Origin: Eubacteriales bacterium
GTDB taxonomy: Bacteria > Bacillota > Clostridia > Oscillospirales > CAG-382
DNA length: 64,000 nt
Direction: 5' to 3'
Assembly (NCBI GenBank): GCA_045595785.1
Contig: JAZOBE010000043.1
Span: forward strand, 15,810 to 79,809
This document shows, in pieces, positions 37,976 to 47,097 of the stretch (position 1 is its first letter; each line of letters begins with the position of its first letter). The notes under the pieces are model-generated. The model made no database searches. It was not told the DNA's origin and worked only from the letters and a program-made list of their open reading frames with translations. The translations under genes were made by a program, and so were the position numbers.

Positions 37976-39217
37976 TTATTTGATCATATCTGCGGTAATG
38001 GTAAGCTCTTTTACGTCGTCCCGAGATGGCATCTCGTACATAAGCTCGTTCATTACGCTTTCAAGAATTCCGCGCAATCCTCTTGCGCCGGTCTTAAGTT
38101 CAATTGCTCTGTCGGCAATCTTTTCAATAGCATCATCTGTAAAGGAAAGCTCAATTCCGTCAAACAAAAACAGCTTTCTGTATTGCTTTGTAAGAGCATT
38201 CTTGGGCTCTTTGAGAATACGCACCAAAGCATCTCTGTCCAACGCATCAAGGGAAACTATCACAGGCAGTCTGCCAATCAGCTCGGGAATAAGGCCGTAT
38301 TTCACAAGGTCGTGAGGAACGACTTCTTTGATTATGTCCTCTTTGTCCTTTTTAGAGGAAAGTCCGGAAGAATAACCTATTATCTGTCTTCCGTTACGGC
38401 TCTCGATAATATCGGCAATACCGTCGAAGGCACCACCGCATATAAACAGAATGTTAGTTGTGTCGATCTGGATATATTCCTGGTTTGGGTGCTTTCTTCC
38501 GCCCTGAGGAGGTACGTTGGACTGTGTACCTTCAAGTATCTTAAGCAGAGCCTGCTGCACGCCTTCGCCGGAAACGTCACGGGTGATGGAACGGTTTTCG
38601 CTTCTGCGTGATATCTTGTCGATCTCGTCAACGTAAATTATACCTTTTTCTGCTTTCGCAATATCAAAATCTGCAGCCTGAATAAGACGGAGCAGAATAT
38701 TCTCCACGTCCTCACCTACGTAACCTGCTTCAGTCAGCGTAGTAGCATCTGCAATAGCGAAAGGAACGTCAAGTATTTTTGCCAGCGTCTGTGCAAGCAG
38801 TGTCTTGCCGACACCGGTGGGTCCCAGCAAGAGTACGTTGCTCTTTTGAAGAACCACGCCGTCATCCGGTCCCGTAAGTGAATTTATTCGCTTGTAATGG
38901 TTGTATACAGCCACAGCCAAAGCTTTCTTTGCCGCGTCCTGACCGATAACGTATTCGTCCAACGCCGCCTTTATCTCCATAGGCTTCATCAGCTTTTTAT
39001 CGACAGGGGACAGGGGCGCGGAAATCTCGTTTCCGGTTGTCAGGGCAACGGCGGTCTCGTCATCATCGCTCATAAGGGTTGCTTCGTATTCCGCAACGAT
39101 CTCCTCGCAAATGGAAATACATTCGTCGCAAAAATCAAGATGCTGTCCGCCAATGGAAAGCTCTGTCACCTTAAAAGCAGGTCTGCCGCAGAATGAGCAT
39201 ATTTTGCTTTTAGACAT
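37976..39217 (-). CDS. clpX: ATP-dependent Clp protease ATP-binding subunit ClpX
   Basis: N-terminal zinc finger CSFCGR...CDEC, Walker A GPTGVGKT, Walker [10 protein letters not shown]. It is adjacent to clpP. Confidence 0.95.
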   Translation of the reverse strand: MSKSKICSFCGRPAFKVTELSIGGQHLDFCDECISICEEIVAEYEATLMSDDDETAVALTTGNEISAPLSPVDKKLMKPMEIKAALDEYVIGQDAAKKALAVAVYNHYKRINSLTGPDDGVVLQKSNVLLLGPTGVGKTLLAQTLAKILDVPFAIADATTLTEAGYVGEDVENILLRLIQAADFDIAKAEKGIIYVDEIDKISRRSENRSITRDVSGEGVQQALLKILEGTQSNVPPQGGRKHPNQEYIQIDTTNILFICGGAFDGIADIIESRNGRQIIGYSSGLSSKKDKEDIIKEVVPHDLVKYGLIPELIGRLPVIVSLDALDRDALVRILKEPKNALTKQYRKLFLFDGIELSFTDDAIEKIADRAIELKTGARGLRGILESVMNELMYEMPSRDDVKELTITADMIK

Positions 39218-39220
39218 TAT

Positions 39221-39802
39221 TTATCTCTTTTCAATTATTTTATCAATAAGACCGTATTCCAAAGCCTGTGCAGCGGTCATGTAATTATCTCTGTCAGTAT
39301 CACGGCGGATAGTCTCAATATCCTGTCCGGTCTGCTGTGCAAGGATCTCGTTCATTTTATCCTTGATGCGGAGTATGTGCTCAGCGTGGATCTTAATATC
39401 CGAAGCCTGACCCTGCATACCGCCCAAGGGCTGGTGTATCATTATCTCGCTGTTGGGAAGAGCAATTCTCTTTCCCTTTGCGCCTGCAGAAAGCAGGAAT
39501 GCGCCCATAGAAGCCGCCATACCGATACAGATGGTGGAAACGTCACACTTGATAAAGTTCATAGTGTCGTAGATCGCCATGCCTGCGGAAATGCTTCCTC
39601 CGGGGCTGTTGATATAAAGGCAGATGTCTTTATCGGCATCCTGCGCTTCAAGAAACAGAAGCTGGGCCACAACCAGAGAAGCGGTTGTATCGTTCACTTC
39701 ATCACAAAGAAAAATAATTCTGTCGTTAAGCAGACGTGAAAAAATATCATAAGATCTTTCTCCGCGGCTGGTCTGCTCTACTACGTAAGGCACTAATGCC
39801 AT
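39221..39802 (-). CDS. clpP: ATP-dependent Clp protease proteolytic subunit ClpP
   Basis: Start taken at [11 protein letters not shown]. Active-site Ser context [20 protein letters not shown]. Confidence 0.95.
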   Translation of the reverse strand: MALVPYVVEQTSRGERSYDIFSRLLNDRIIFLCDEVNDTTASLVVAQLLFLEAQDADKDICLYINSPGGSISAGMAIYDTMNFIKCDVSTICIGMAASMGAFLLSAGAKGKRIALPNSEIMIHQPLGGMQGQASDIKIHAEHILRIKDKMNEILAQQTGQDIETIRRDTDRDNYMTAAQALEYGLIDKIIEKR

Positions 39803-39831
39803 AAACCACACTATCCTTTCAAATATAAATT

Positions 39832-39868
39832 AAAAAATTCGGGCTGCCGCATCCGAATGAGACAGCCC
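39832..39868 (-). terminator. terminator downstream of tig
   Basis: On the minus strand, a gggctg...cagccc hairpin is followed by gaatttttt. Confidence 0.5.
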
Positions 39869-39893
39869 TTCTTGGTATACTTGTAATTAAAAA

Positions 39894-41174
39894 TTACTTA
39901 ATGTTTGCGTTTTCCTTTACACAGTCAACAGCTTTGCGAAGAACAACGTCTTCGGTAATGCCGGTAACGGGAATGGAAGCCTTAACCTTTTCGATCTCAA
40001 CAGCATAACCGGAAGCGATCTTTGCGTATTCAGCCTCGATCTCCTCTTCGGTAGCGGTGATGTTCTCGGTCTTTGCAATGTATTCAAGAGCAAGACGGGT
40101 CTTAACCTGCTTTTCAGCGCCTGCCTTGAAGGATTCACGGAGCTGCTCCTCGGTCTGACCGGTATACTTGTAGTACAGGTCAAGAGAGCCGCCCTGCATC
40201 TGCAGACGGTAATCGTAATCGCGAACGTATCCGTCAATTTCGGTCTCGATCATGCAATCGGGAATCTCAACGGTGGTCTTTTCGATAACAGCGTTAAGAA
40301 GATCTTCTTCCAGCTTGCGGTCGCTGTCAGCAGTCTTTCTTTCCTTGATTTTAGCCTTGATGTCAGCTTCGTATTCAGCAACGGTGTTAAATTCGGAAAC
40401 GTCCTTAACAAACTCGTCGTCCAATTCGGGAAGATCGGTACGCTTTACTTCGTGAAGCTTGATCTTGAATACTGCGGGCTTGCCTGCAAGGTTTTCTGCG
40501 CCGTAATCAGCAGGGAAGTTAACGTCAATATCAAATATCTCATCAGAGGGAACCTTACCTACAAGCTGTTCTTCAAAGCCTTCGATAAAGGAATGGCTGC
40601 CCAGCTTAAGAGAATACTTCTCAGCCTTGCCGCCTTCAAATGCAACGCCGTCAACAAAGCCTTCGAAATCTATAACTACCTCGTCGCCGTTTTCAGCAGC
40701 AACATCGGTAAGAGTAAGTATACGCGCATTACGCTGACGGATCTTGTCGATCTCTGCAGCGATCTCATCTTTTGTTACGCGAACCTTGTCCTTTTTAACC
40801 TCAATGCCCTTATAGTCTGTAACAACAGCCTCGGGCTTGGTGTAAACCTTTGCAACAAGAAGCACGCCGTTATCATCCATAGACTTAACGTCGATCTCAG
40901 GACGGGAAACGGGGTCGATACCTGCTTCTGCAATAGCGGCAGCATATTCATCGGGAAGCAGATTGTCAATAGCTTCTTCGAAGAAATAAGCAGTGCCGTA
41001 CATTTTCTCGATAATCTTACGGGGAGCCTTGCCCTTTCTGAAACCGGGAACAGTTATCTTTTCGGCATTCTTTTTGAACACCTTGTCAACCTCTGCGTCA
41101 AACACGGATTTTTCAATCAGAATCTCGATCTCCGCAAGGTTAAGAGTTTCTTTGTTAACACTCTTCAAACTCAT
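39894..41174 (-). CDS. tig: trigger factor
   Basis: 426 aa. Contains VPGFRKGKAPR (the ribosome-binding signature) and a central FKBP-type region. The gene order tig-clpP-clpX supports the call. Confidence 0.9.
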   Translation of the reverse strand: MSLKSVNKETLNLAEIEILIEKSVFDAEVDKVFKKNAEKITVPGFRKGKAPRKIIEKMYGTAYFFEEAIDNLLPDEYAAAIAEAGIDPVSRPEIDVKSMDDNGVLLVAKVYTKPEAVVTDYKGIEVKKDKVRVTKDEIAAEIDKIRQRNARILTLTDVAAENGDEVVIDFEGFVDGVAFEGGKAEKYSLKLGSHSFIEGFEEQLVGKVPSDEIFDIDVNFPADYGAENLAGKPAVFKIKLHEVKRTDLPELDDEFVKDVSEFNTVAEYEADIKAKIKERKTADSDRKLEEDLLNAVIEKTTVEIPDCMIETEIDGYVRDYDYRLQMQGGSLDLYYKYTGQTEEQLRESFKAGAEKQVKTRLALEYIAKTENITATEEEIEAEYAKIASGYAVEIEKVKASIPVTGITEDVVLRKAVDCVKENANIK

Positions 41175-41307
41175 TTTATTTCTCCTTTAATATGTTTACA
41201 TAGTTAAGCACCATAATATATTACAACAAAAACCCCGAATTGTCAATTCCTTTTTATGTTTTTTGAATGTTTTTTGTCATCAAAACAAAAAAATTAACAA
41301 TTCGTAC

Positions 41308-41336
41308 TTGCGTTCTTAAACATATTTCACTATAAT
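41308..41336 (+). promoter_or_regulatory. promoter candidate
   Basis: TTGCGT, 17 nt, TATAAT upstream of the sortase gene. Confidence 0.4.
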
Positions 41337-41366
41337 AGCAGTATACAAAGTTAAAGGAGTTTAGCC

Positions 41367-42323
41367 TTGAACCAAAACAACAACGAATTTTTAGATTCAA
41401 TTTCATCAATGTCGCCTGAGCAAACGGGTTATGATAAAAACGCATTCAAAAAACGCAAAGGCTCTGCTGACGGAATTCTCCGCGGTATCCTGCTGTGCGT
41501 CTTTTTGGGCATATTCGCGTTTTCCGCAGGCAGTATAGTTGAGCGTCTGTATCAGGATAAGCTGGAGGAGCAGACCTACGCAGAGCTTACCAATGCAGAC
41601 AGCGCACTTAAGCCATTGGCGTCTTCCGTTACACCGGACAGTCTGCTGTCTCTTTATAACTCTATCAACCTCACCGTTGACAATACCGTTACCGGCAGTG
41701 CTGATAAGGATTATGACGATCCTGCACGCTACTCCAAGTATCGTTCTGCGATGATGGCGTTAAAGAAAAAATATCCTGATGTTTACGCATGGATAGTGGT
41801 TACCGGCACAAACATAGATTATCCCGTGTTAAAGGGTGCGACCAACGATACTTATATCCGTACCGACTATAAGGGCAACCCTGCCAACGCAGGCTGTATC
41901 TTTGTGGACTATCGTATGTCCGATACGTATAACCTTAACCTTAACACTGTAGTATACGGTCATAATATGACCAACGGCACAATGTTCCGCGCTATACGAA
42001 ATTGGTTTGAGAGCGCCAACAGAAACTCTGCCGCAGAGACCATGCGTATCGAGATATATACAGAGGATGCGCTGTACGTTTATTCGCCCTTCTCCGCATA
42101 TAGGGCTGACGGTACTGACTTTACCAAAATCAGCTTTGCTTCTTATGAGGATTACGTGGATTATCTGGATATGATCCGCTCCCGTTCAATTATCCCTTGC
42201 AGCCTTCCTTACGATTCTTCCTCTAAAATAGCAACTCTTGTTACCTGTACCAATAACTACAGCAACGCAAAGGAGCGTTACGTGCTTCATTGCCTGCTTA
42301 CCCAAGTCGTTAAATACAACTGA
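41367..42323 (+). CDS. srtB: class B-like sortase
   Basis: N-terminal TM segment. YGHNM (the catalytic His region) and ATLVTC (the TLxTC catalytic Cys). The YPVLKGATNDTYIRTDYKGNP pattern is typical of SrtB-type enzymes. Confidence 0.75.
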   Translation: MNQNNNEFLDSISSMSPEQTGYDKNAFKKRKGSADGILRGILLCVFLGIFAFSAGSIVERLYQDKLEEQTYAELTNADSALKPLASSVTPDSLLSLYNSINLTVDNTVTGSADKDYDDPARYSKYRSAMMALKKKYPDVYAWIVVTGTNIDYPVLKGATNDTYIRTDYKGNPANAGCIFVDYRMSDTYNLNLNTVVYGHNMTNGTMFRAIRNWFESANRNSAAETMRIEIYTEDALYVYSPFSAYRADGTDFTKISFASYEDYVDYLDMIRSRSIIPCSLPYDSSSKIATLVTCTNNYSNAKERYVLHCLLTQVVKYN

Positions 42324-42343
42324 TATATAAAGGAGCTTTTGTT

Positions 42344-42967
42344 ATGAAGACAATTCTTTTCCAGGGCGATTCCATTACCGATGCAGGCAGAGATTATTAT
42401 GACGATAACCGCCGCGGCCTCGGCTATCCCCAGCTTGTTACGGCTCATCTCGGATTTGAGAATCCCGGTGAATTCACCTTCATTAACCGTGGCATCTCCG
42501 GTAACCGCATAGTTGATGTTTATGCACGCATCAAAAAGGATATCACCAATCTCAATCCCGATATTATGTCTGTTCTCATCGGCGTAAACGATGTTTGGCA
42601 TGAGATCAATTATCAGAACGGTGTTGATACCGACAAGTTTGAAAAGATCTATTCAATGCTCATAGAGGAAGTCCTTGCGGCTTGCCCCAACTGTAAGATC
42701 ATGATATTCGAGCCCTTTGTGCTTAAGGGAACTGCTACCGAGGAGCATTGGGACGAGTTTCTTAACGGCGTAAAGGAAAAGGCACTTGCTTCCCGCCGCG
42801 TTGCTGAAAAGTACGGTCTTGCGTTTATCCCTCTGCAGGATAAGCTTGATGCACTCTGCGAAAAAGCTCCTGCTTCATATTGGCTTTGGGACGGCGTTCA
42901 TCCCAATCCCGCAGCACACGAGCTTATCGCCCGTGAATGGCTTAATACATACGAAAAAATAAAATAA
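42344..42967 (+). CDS. SGNH/GDSL-family hydrolase
   Basis: FQGDSITDAGR (block I Ser), GxND block (IGVNDV), and DGVHPN (the DxxH block). Confidence 0.8.
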   Translation: MKTILFQGDSITDAGRDYYDDNRRGLGYPQLVTAHLGFENPGEFTFINRGISGNRIVDVYARIKKDITNLNPDIMSVLIGVNDVWHEINYQNGVDTDKFEKIYSMLIEEVLAACPNCKIMIFEPFVLKGTATEEHWDEFLNGVKEKALASRRVAEKYGLAFIPLQDKLDALCEKAPASYWLWDGVHPNPAAHELIAREWLNTYEKIK

Positions 42968-42970
42968 CCC

Positions 42971-42999
42971 TTGACAATATGGCGGCGGTGTGCTATAAT
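42971..42999 (+). promoter_or_regulatory. consensus sigma-70 promoter for tRNA-Leu
   Basis: TTGACA, exactly 17 nt, TATAAT, ending 19 nt before the tRNA 5' end. Confidence 0.7.
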
Positions 43000-43018
43000 T
43001 ACGCCGTTGCCAAAATAT

Positions 43019-43105
43019 GCGGGTATGGCGGAATTGGCAGACGCGCTAGATTCAGGTTCTAGTGGGGGCAACTTCGTGTAGGTTCAAGTCCTATTACCCG
43101 CACCA
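43019..43105 (+). tRNA. tRNA-Leu (anticodon CAG), with encoded CCA
   Basis: Acceptor stem GCGGGTA/TACCCGC. Anticodon stem CTAGA/TCTAG with loop TTCAGGT. Long variable arm (class II). T-loop GGTTCAAGTCC. 3' ACCA. Confidence 0.95.
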
Positions 43106-43113
43106 AAGCATTC

Positions 43114-43165
43114 AAACCCGAACCTTTTACCAATCGGTGAAACGTTCGGGTTTGTTGTTTTTCTC
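43114..43165 (+). terminator. rho-independent terminator after tRNA-Leu
   Basis: aaacccgaac ... gttcgggttt hairpin followed by gttgttttt. Confidence 0.75.
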
Positions 43166-43195
43166 AATGAGACAGCGTAGTTAAAGAAAAATGAT

Positions 43196-43224
43196 GGAGG
43201 TACGGGTTTTGAACCTGTACCTCC
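43196..43224 (-). terminator. hairpin terminator of the integrase operon
   Basis: ggaggtacgggtt / aacctgtacctcc forms a 13-bp stem with one mismatch, just past the small ORF stop. Confidence 0.5.
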
Positions 43225-43232
43225 ATTGTTCT

Positions 43233-43397
43233 TTAGGTATCCTTTTCAGATTGTTCCTTTTTCCACTGTTCAAATTCTTGTCTGCCTTCTTCGGATTCAA
43301 AGAAGTCTACTATGTCCGGCAGAAAGCATTTTGCCAATGCTTCTATTTCATCTTCAGGTATGTGGGATTTGAAAATGATTTTAACCTCTCTGCCCAT
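43233..43397 (-). CDS. 54-aa acidic hypothetical protein downstream of the integrase (below the ORF-track cutoff)
   Basis: ATG with SD GAGGAGGGGA, 16 nt after the integrase stop. Translation: MGREVKIIFKSHIPEDEIEALAKCFLPDIVDFFESEEGRQEFEQWKKEQSEKDT. Confidence 0.3.
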   Translation of the reverse strand: MGREVKIIFKSHIPEDEIEALAKCFLPDIVDFFESEEGRQEFEQWKKEQSEKDT

Positions 43398-43412
43398 TTG
43401 TCCCCTCCTCTC

Positions 43413-44384
43413 TTATGAGTCTTTCAGAAATTCCGAATAGAACTTTTTAATGTCGTTGCGGTGGTGTCCCATACGCTCGCTCATCTCTTTATCAATCTGG
43501 CGTTCAGTCATACTGCTCTCGGCAATCAAGCGGCGGCGATTCTCCTGAAAGTACAGGTGTCTAAGTCCGTGCCAGGAGGGTCTTTTGATTCTGGGTTTAC
43601 AGTCAGGAGCAACATAATCACACCTATCGGGATCTACAAACTTTTTGCTATGATTGCTGCGCCAATTCTGTAACGAAGCCTTCTCCTTCTTTACGCTGTG
43701 TTTGTGGTTGTCGCAGATCAGATAATCCTTTGACTTTTTACCGCTTGCACGAAGATAAGCAACAATCTCATTTAGAATTTTCTCCTGAATCGGACGATCC
43801 ACAGGAATATCTCTTACAAGACCACCCTTGGTGTTCTTGACGTTCAACTGCTTATAGCGGATAGCATCCTCCAACTGATACAAACGGAGCGTAGCGGCTT
43901 CTTCAAAGCGTAAGCCATAGTATCTTGACAGATAGGCTTGAATCACAACATCATAGCGATTCATCGAACGGGCAACCTTGATCATCATATCAAACTCTTC
44001 GGGTAAAAACGCACGGTCAAATTCGTAGTCGTTCTTTTCGGATATACCCAAATCTCTGTTTGACGGCAGAATGTTTTTGCTGTGCGTCAGACTGTGATAG
44101 TGTCTGATTGCCGACATTTCGGTGCGGATGTAGCTGTTCAAACACTCTCTGTCGAAGAAACTTTCGATATACGGATAAATATATTTAGCCGATATATTCT
44201 TGAGATTCTTTAACTCGGTGTTTTCACCAAGCCATTTACAGAAACGATACATACCATCTTCATAGCGTTCGATACAACCGATACTGTTGATGTTACTGCT
44301 GGCTTTAAGATGATCTGCCTGCCCTATGAGATTTTTGGCTTTGTTCGCATTTCTGACCTTTCGTTGTTCTTCCGTAAGTGCCAT
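43413..44384 (-). CDS. tyrosine-type site-specific recombinase/integrase
   Basis: Start taken at MALTEEQ (SD GGAGG 7 nt upstream). Catalytic pattern: GLRFEEA (Arg), HGLRHLY (HxxR), MGHHRNDIKKFY (His/Tyr). Confidence 0.85.
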   Translation of the reverse strand: MALTEEQRKVRNANKAKNLIGQADHLKASSNINSIGCIERYEDGMYRFCKWLGENTELKNLKNISAKYIYPYIESFFDRECLNSYIRTEMSAIRHYHSLTHSKNILPSNRDLGISEKNDYEFDRAFLPEEFDMMIKVARSMNRYDVVIQAYLSRYYGLRFEEAATLRLYQLEDAIRYKQLNVKNTKGGLVRDIPVDRPIQEKILNEIVAYLRASGKKSKDYLICDNHKHSVKKEKASLQNWRSNHSKKFVDPDRCDYVAPDCKPRIKRPSWHGLRHLYFQENRRRLIAESSMTERQIDKEMSERMGHHRNDIKKFYSEFLKDS

Positions 44385-44521
44385 AGGCATTCCTCCTTTC
44401 TCTGAAATTGGCCTTTTGATTTCAGGTAAATGAAATATGAAAAAAGAGATTTGATTTGGCAAGTAAATTATGAAAGAAAATATTATCCATAAAATATACT
44501 CAAACCCGATTACCGAAAATG

Positions 44522-44550
44522 TTGATTTGTTTCCGTTTGCGTTGTATAAT
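44522..44550 (+). promoter_or_regulatory. promoter candidate
   Basis: TTGATT, 17 nt, TATAAT upstream of the DeoR-type gene. Confidence 0.55.
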
Positions 44551-44599
44551 ATCGGTGTCAGATCTGATAATACATTTGAATTAATTTGGAGGTATGGCT

Positions 44600-45376
44600 A
44601 TGTTTATGGAAGAACGCCATCAAGAAATTGCAGATATAATAAAAGCTAATGGAAAAATCACCGTTTCGGAAATTACAAACAAATATGGTATATCCGATGA
44701 ATCAGCTCGCAGAGATCTTCGATTACTTGAACAAAAAGGGATTTGTAAGCGAACTCATGGTGGGGCTATTTTAGCTTCACAGGTTGGATTGAAAGCTCCT
44801 GCCGATAGAGATTTCAGCTCTATGCAGATTTTAGATAATTACAAAGAAATCGCACGTGTTGCCGCAAGCAAAATCAAAGAAAACGATGTTATTTATCTTA
44901 CAAGTGGTTCTTTTGGATATATAATGCTTTCATATTTGCCTATGGATATGCATTACACCGTGGTTGTGAATTCGGTGGATATAGGTAAAGAATTAAGGAA
45001 CTTTGAGAATATTGAAGTATATATGATTGGTGGCAAAATGCGACAAAGCGGTTCGATAGTGGACAGTTTTGCAACCGAATTTGTAAGTAAATTGCATTTT
45101 GACCTTTGCTTTATTACGGGTTCGGGCTTGACTGCAGATTGTGGTTTATCCAACGGTACAGACGAAACTGCAACTTTCCAACGAACTGTTATCGCCAACA
45201 GTAAAAATAAATATCTTTTAATGCCAAGTGCCAAAATCGGCAATAATGCTTTTGTTAAGGTTTGCGACGTAGATGTTTTTAACTGTGTTATCACCGATTG
45301 TGATTGCGTTGAAGATCAGATTCAAGCTATCGAAGAAAAGGGCGTAGAAGTTATTGTTGTTGAGGAATCGAAATGA
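44600..45376 (+). CDS. DeoR/GlpR-family transcriptional regulator
   Basis: N-terminal winged HTH (RHQEIADIIKANGKITVSEITNKYGISDESARRDLRLLEQKG) plus a C-terminal DeoR sugar-binding-like domain. The ATG at 44600 has better SD spacing than the one at 44594. Confidence 0.8.
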   Translation: MFMEERHQEIADIIKANGKITVSEITNKYGISDESARRDLRLLEQKGICKRTHGGAILASQVGLKAPADRDFSSMQILDNYKEIARVAASKIKENDVIYLTSGSFGYIMLSYLPMDMHYTVVVNSVDIGKELRNFENIEVYMIGGKMRQSGSIVDSFATEFVSKLHFDLCFITGSGLTADCGLSNGTDETATFQRTVIANSKNKYLLMPSAKIGNNAFVKVCDVDVFNCVITDCDCVEDQIQAIEEKGVEVIVVEESK

Positions 45377-45561
45377 CCCGCGAGCAGAAGCTACGTAATC
45401 TCATTCTTGATAAATACAATAGTCTTAGGCAGTTCGCAATGGAAGCGGATATTCCGTACAGTACGCTTATGACTTTGTTATCTCGTGATATCGGCGGTGC
45501 TTCTTTTGACGTTGTGATGAAAATATGTAAAAAACTTGAAATAGATCCATTAGAGCTATAA
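45373..45561 (+). CDS. small XRE-family HTH protein
   Basis: 62 aa containing LRQFAMEADIPYSTLMTLLS...KICKKLEIDP. An ATGA overlap couples it to the DeoR gene. Confidence 0.65.
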   Translation: MTREQKLRNLILDKYNSLRQFAMEADIPYSTLMTLLSRDIGGASFDVVMKICKKLEIDPLEL

Positions 45562-45570
45562 AAAAATTCG

Positions 45571-45609
45571 GCGGGGCAGGAGCTTCAATCTCCTGCGCCA
45601 CCTTTTAAA
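45571..45609 (+). terminator. terminator candidate
   Basis: gcaggag cttcaat ctcctgc core hairpin with flanking G/C pairs, followed by ttttaaa. Confidence 0.5.
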
Positions 45610-45629
45610 TAGAAGGTCATTTTTGCCGT

Positions 45630-46087
45630 CATTCCGAAAGGATGGTCATAATCATATCGGAAATGTTTATTCAGCCGACTGTTTGATGTTTAATTGGTAT
45701 CATTCCGAAGTGTTATCCTTTGAACATCAAACAGCCGGAACACGCCGTAAGGCGTGCATACATAAATCAATAACAAATCCAAAGGGAATCATCTGTATAT
45801 GTATATCATCTTAAATCCGTTCCGAAATTATTTATCATTTTTCATTCCGAAATGAGCGCAAAGCATAGTTCTCCCATTGGCAGTTTTATCGGTTTTACCT
45901 GCCGTTACTCCCGTTTTCTTTTTCAAGGGTTCCGGAATGCTTTGCGAACAGGGGCTTTTTGTTCGCCACCGGGCTCAGTTTCTATTTCCCTGCGAGAAAT
46001 AGAAACTGGCCCAACGATGGTCATATCTATCATTCCGAAGGGTAAATCATAAGTCATTCCGATTCGCAAATCATTTTTATTCCGAAG
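45630..46087 (+). repeat. dispersed same-strand copies of the decamer TCATTCCGAA in non-coding DNA
   Basis: Exact copies start at 45630, 45701, 45843 and 46031. One- or two-mismatch copies start at 45818 (ccgttccgaa), 46055 (tcattccgat) and 46078 (ttattccgaa). A palindromic ttccggaa lies at 45931. Confidence 0.85.
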
Positions 46088-46104
46088 AGAGAATCATATT
46101 AAAT

Positions 46105-46510
46105 TGTTCCCATTAAAGTTGGTCAGTACTATGAGGCATACGCCCCAACGCATACCTGCCGCTTGACAGGTGCCCTGACGGGCTACGCCTACACCACACA
46201 CTAGCTATTAGATAGTCTACCGCTGAACTCGGCAGGGTGGCGGGGTTTCGATCTTCCATTGAAAGCCCATAACGTTGTCTGCTCAAAGGCAGATAAGCGG
46301 CTCTTCGCAGATGAGATAATTTAGTACGACAAGCTTCGTACAATTTTTGCTGCTCAACAAGTGAGCTTATTATCTCAACGCCCCGTTGTCTTCCGCACGG
46401 GTGGCTGTCAGCAAATGGTGCAATATACGTACAAAACCGTTGCACATCCATACGCTCTTCCATTTACCATACGTCGGTCACTCCAGCCATACTGTGACCG
46501 CACCTGTTTT
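46105..46510 (-). ncRNA. candidate structured RNA of unknown class (strand assignment tentative)
   Basis: A GC-rich block inside AT-rich non-coding DNA. Many nested complementary segments are visible, for example gagataat...attatctc enclosing hairpins gctca/tgagc and gtacga/tcgtac, also cctgccg...cggcagg, gccc/gggc and aggtatgcg/cgtatgcct. The only ORF there has a non-protein-like composition. Confidence 0.3.
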
Positions 46511-46517
46511 GAACATC

Positions 46518-46544
46518 TACAATTTGACTTGCTTTTTCAACATT
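46518..46544 (-). other. 8-codon mini-ORF (MLKKQVKL) with a strong SD, immediately upstream of the candidate RNA
   Basis: AGGAGGAATTGAA ATG TTG AAA AAG CAA GTC AAA TTG TAG. A second AGGAGGAATT copy lies 24 nt further upstream. Confidence 0.3.
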
Positions 46545-46681
46545 TCAATTCCTCCTATCTGTATTACTGTAATTCCTCCTTAGTGTATTTAAAGAGTTCG
46601 TATGTAATATGGAAGAGAGCATTGCGAAATGCAAGTAAAAATACAATTTAATTGGAAAATGAGAAGAAGGATTAACGAGAA

Positions 46682-46710
46682 AGGCAGAGAGTGGTTTACT
46701 CTCTGCCTTC
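46682..46710. terminator. hairpin (possible terminator or element boundary)
   Basis: aaggcagagag tggttta ctctctgcctt forms a perfect 11-bp stem. Confidence 0.45.
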
Positions 46711-47097
46711 TTCATGTGAAATTTAATAATTCAAAAAGTCATAAGTGTCGAGTTTGCTGATATATTATAGAATTGACATAATAATCATGTAAATTCTTCT
46801 CAAACCATGCAATATAACATTGATTCTAATTTAGGTTCAAAATATAATATGCAGATTCGTTAAATGCTTATAGAACAGTTTTACAAAAAGAACATTCTGG
46901 TATTGAATATGTCAAAATAAAAATTCTAACCGATGAGAAAATATGCCCAAATGAAAAAGTACATTTGATGGGATAACAGCACGGTTCAAAAACGATAATC
47001 ATATCACGCAAGAAAACCAGTGTATATAACTTTCACACAAAATTCTAGTTCTTATATTTCCGTTCAAAATAGCATTGCAATAATCTCTTCAAAACTA

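Noticed and set aside
43081-43105. A search for a direct repeat of the tRNA-Leu 3' end (attR) elsewhere in the island, especially at 46.6-47.1 kb, 59.9-60.2 kb and 61.69-61.77 kb.
   Set aside because: I found none by eye, so no att sites are reported. An exact-match computer search is needed before concluding that they are absent.
45623-46052. Two track ORFs (45623-45814 and 45852-46052, plus strand) in the decamer-repeat region.
   Set aside because: They have no SD, and their composition is implausible (C/H/F/S-rich). Both are interrupted by hairpins and by the repeated decamer, so they are more likely non-coding.
46113-46463. A 116-aa ORF on the minus strand in the GC-rich block.
   Set aside because: It has no SD, an R/S/C/P-rich composition and no motif. 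The region is packed with nested complementary segments. I treat it as candidate RNA rather than a CDS.
46105-46510. A group II intron was considered, because the minus strand reads GTGCGG at the 5' side and has a 9-bp hairpin near the 3' side.
   Set aside because: At about 400 nt it is too short for even an ORF-less group II intron. The 3' hairpin lacks the domain V AGC triad and bulge consensus. No reverse transcriptase or maturase gene is nearby.
46630-46761. A 43-aa ORF (MQVKIQFNWKMRRR...) on the plus strand with a distant purine-rich stretch upstream.
   Set aside because: It reads straight through the perfect 11-bp hairpin at 46682-46710, has poor SD spacing, and there is nothing to check conservation against. 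It is probably spurious.
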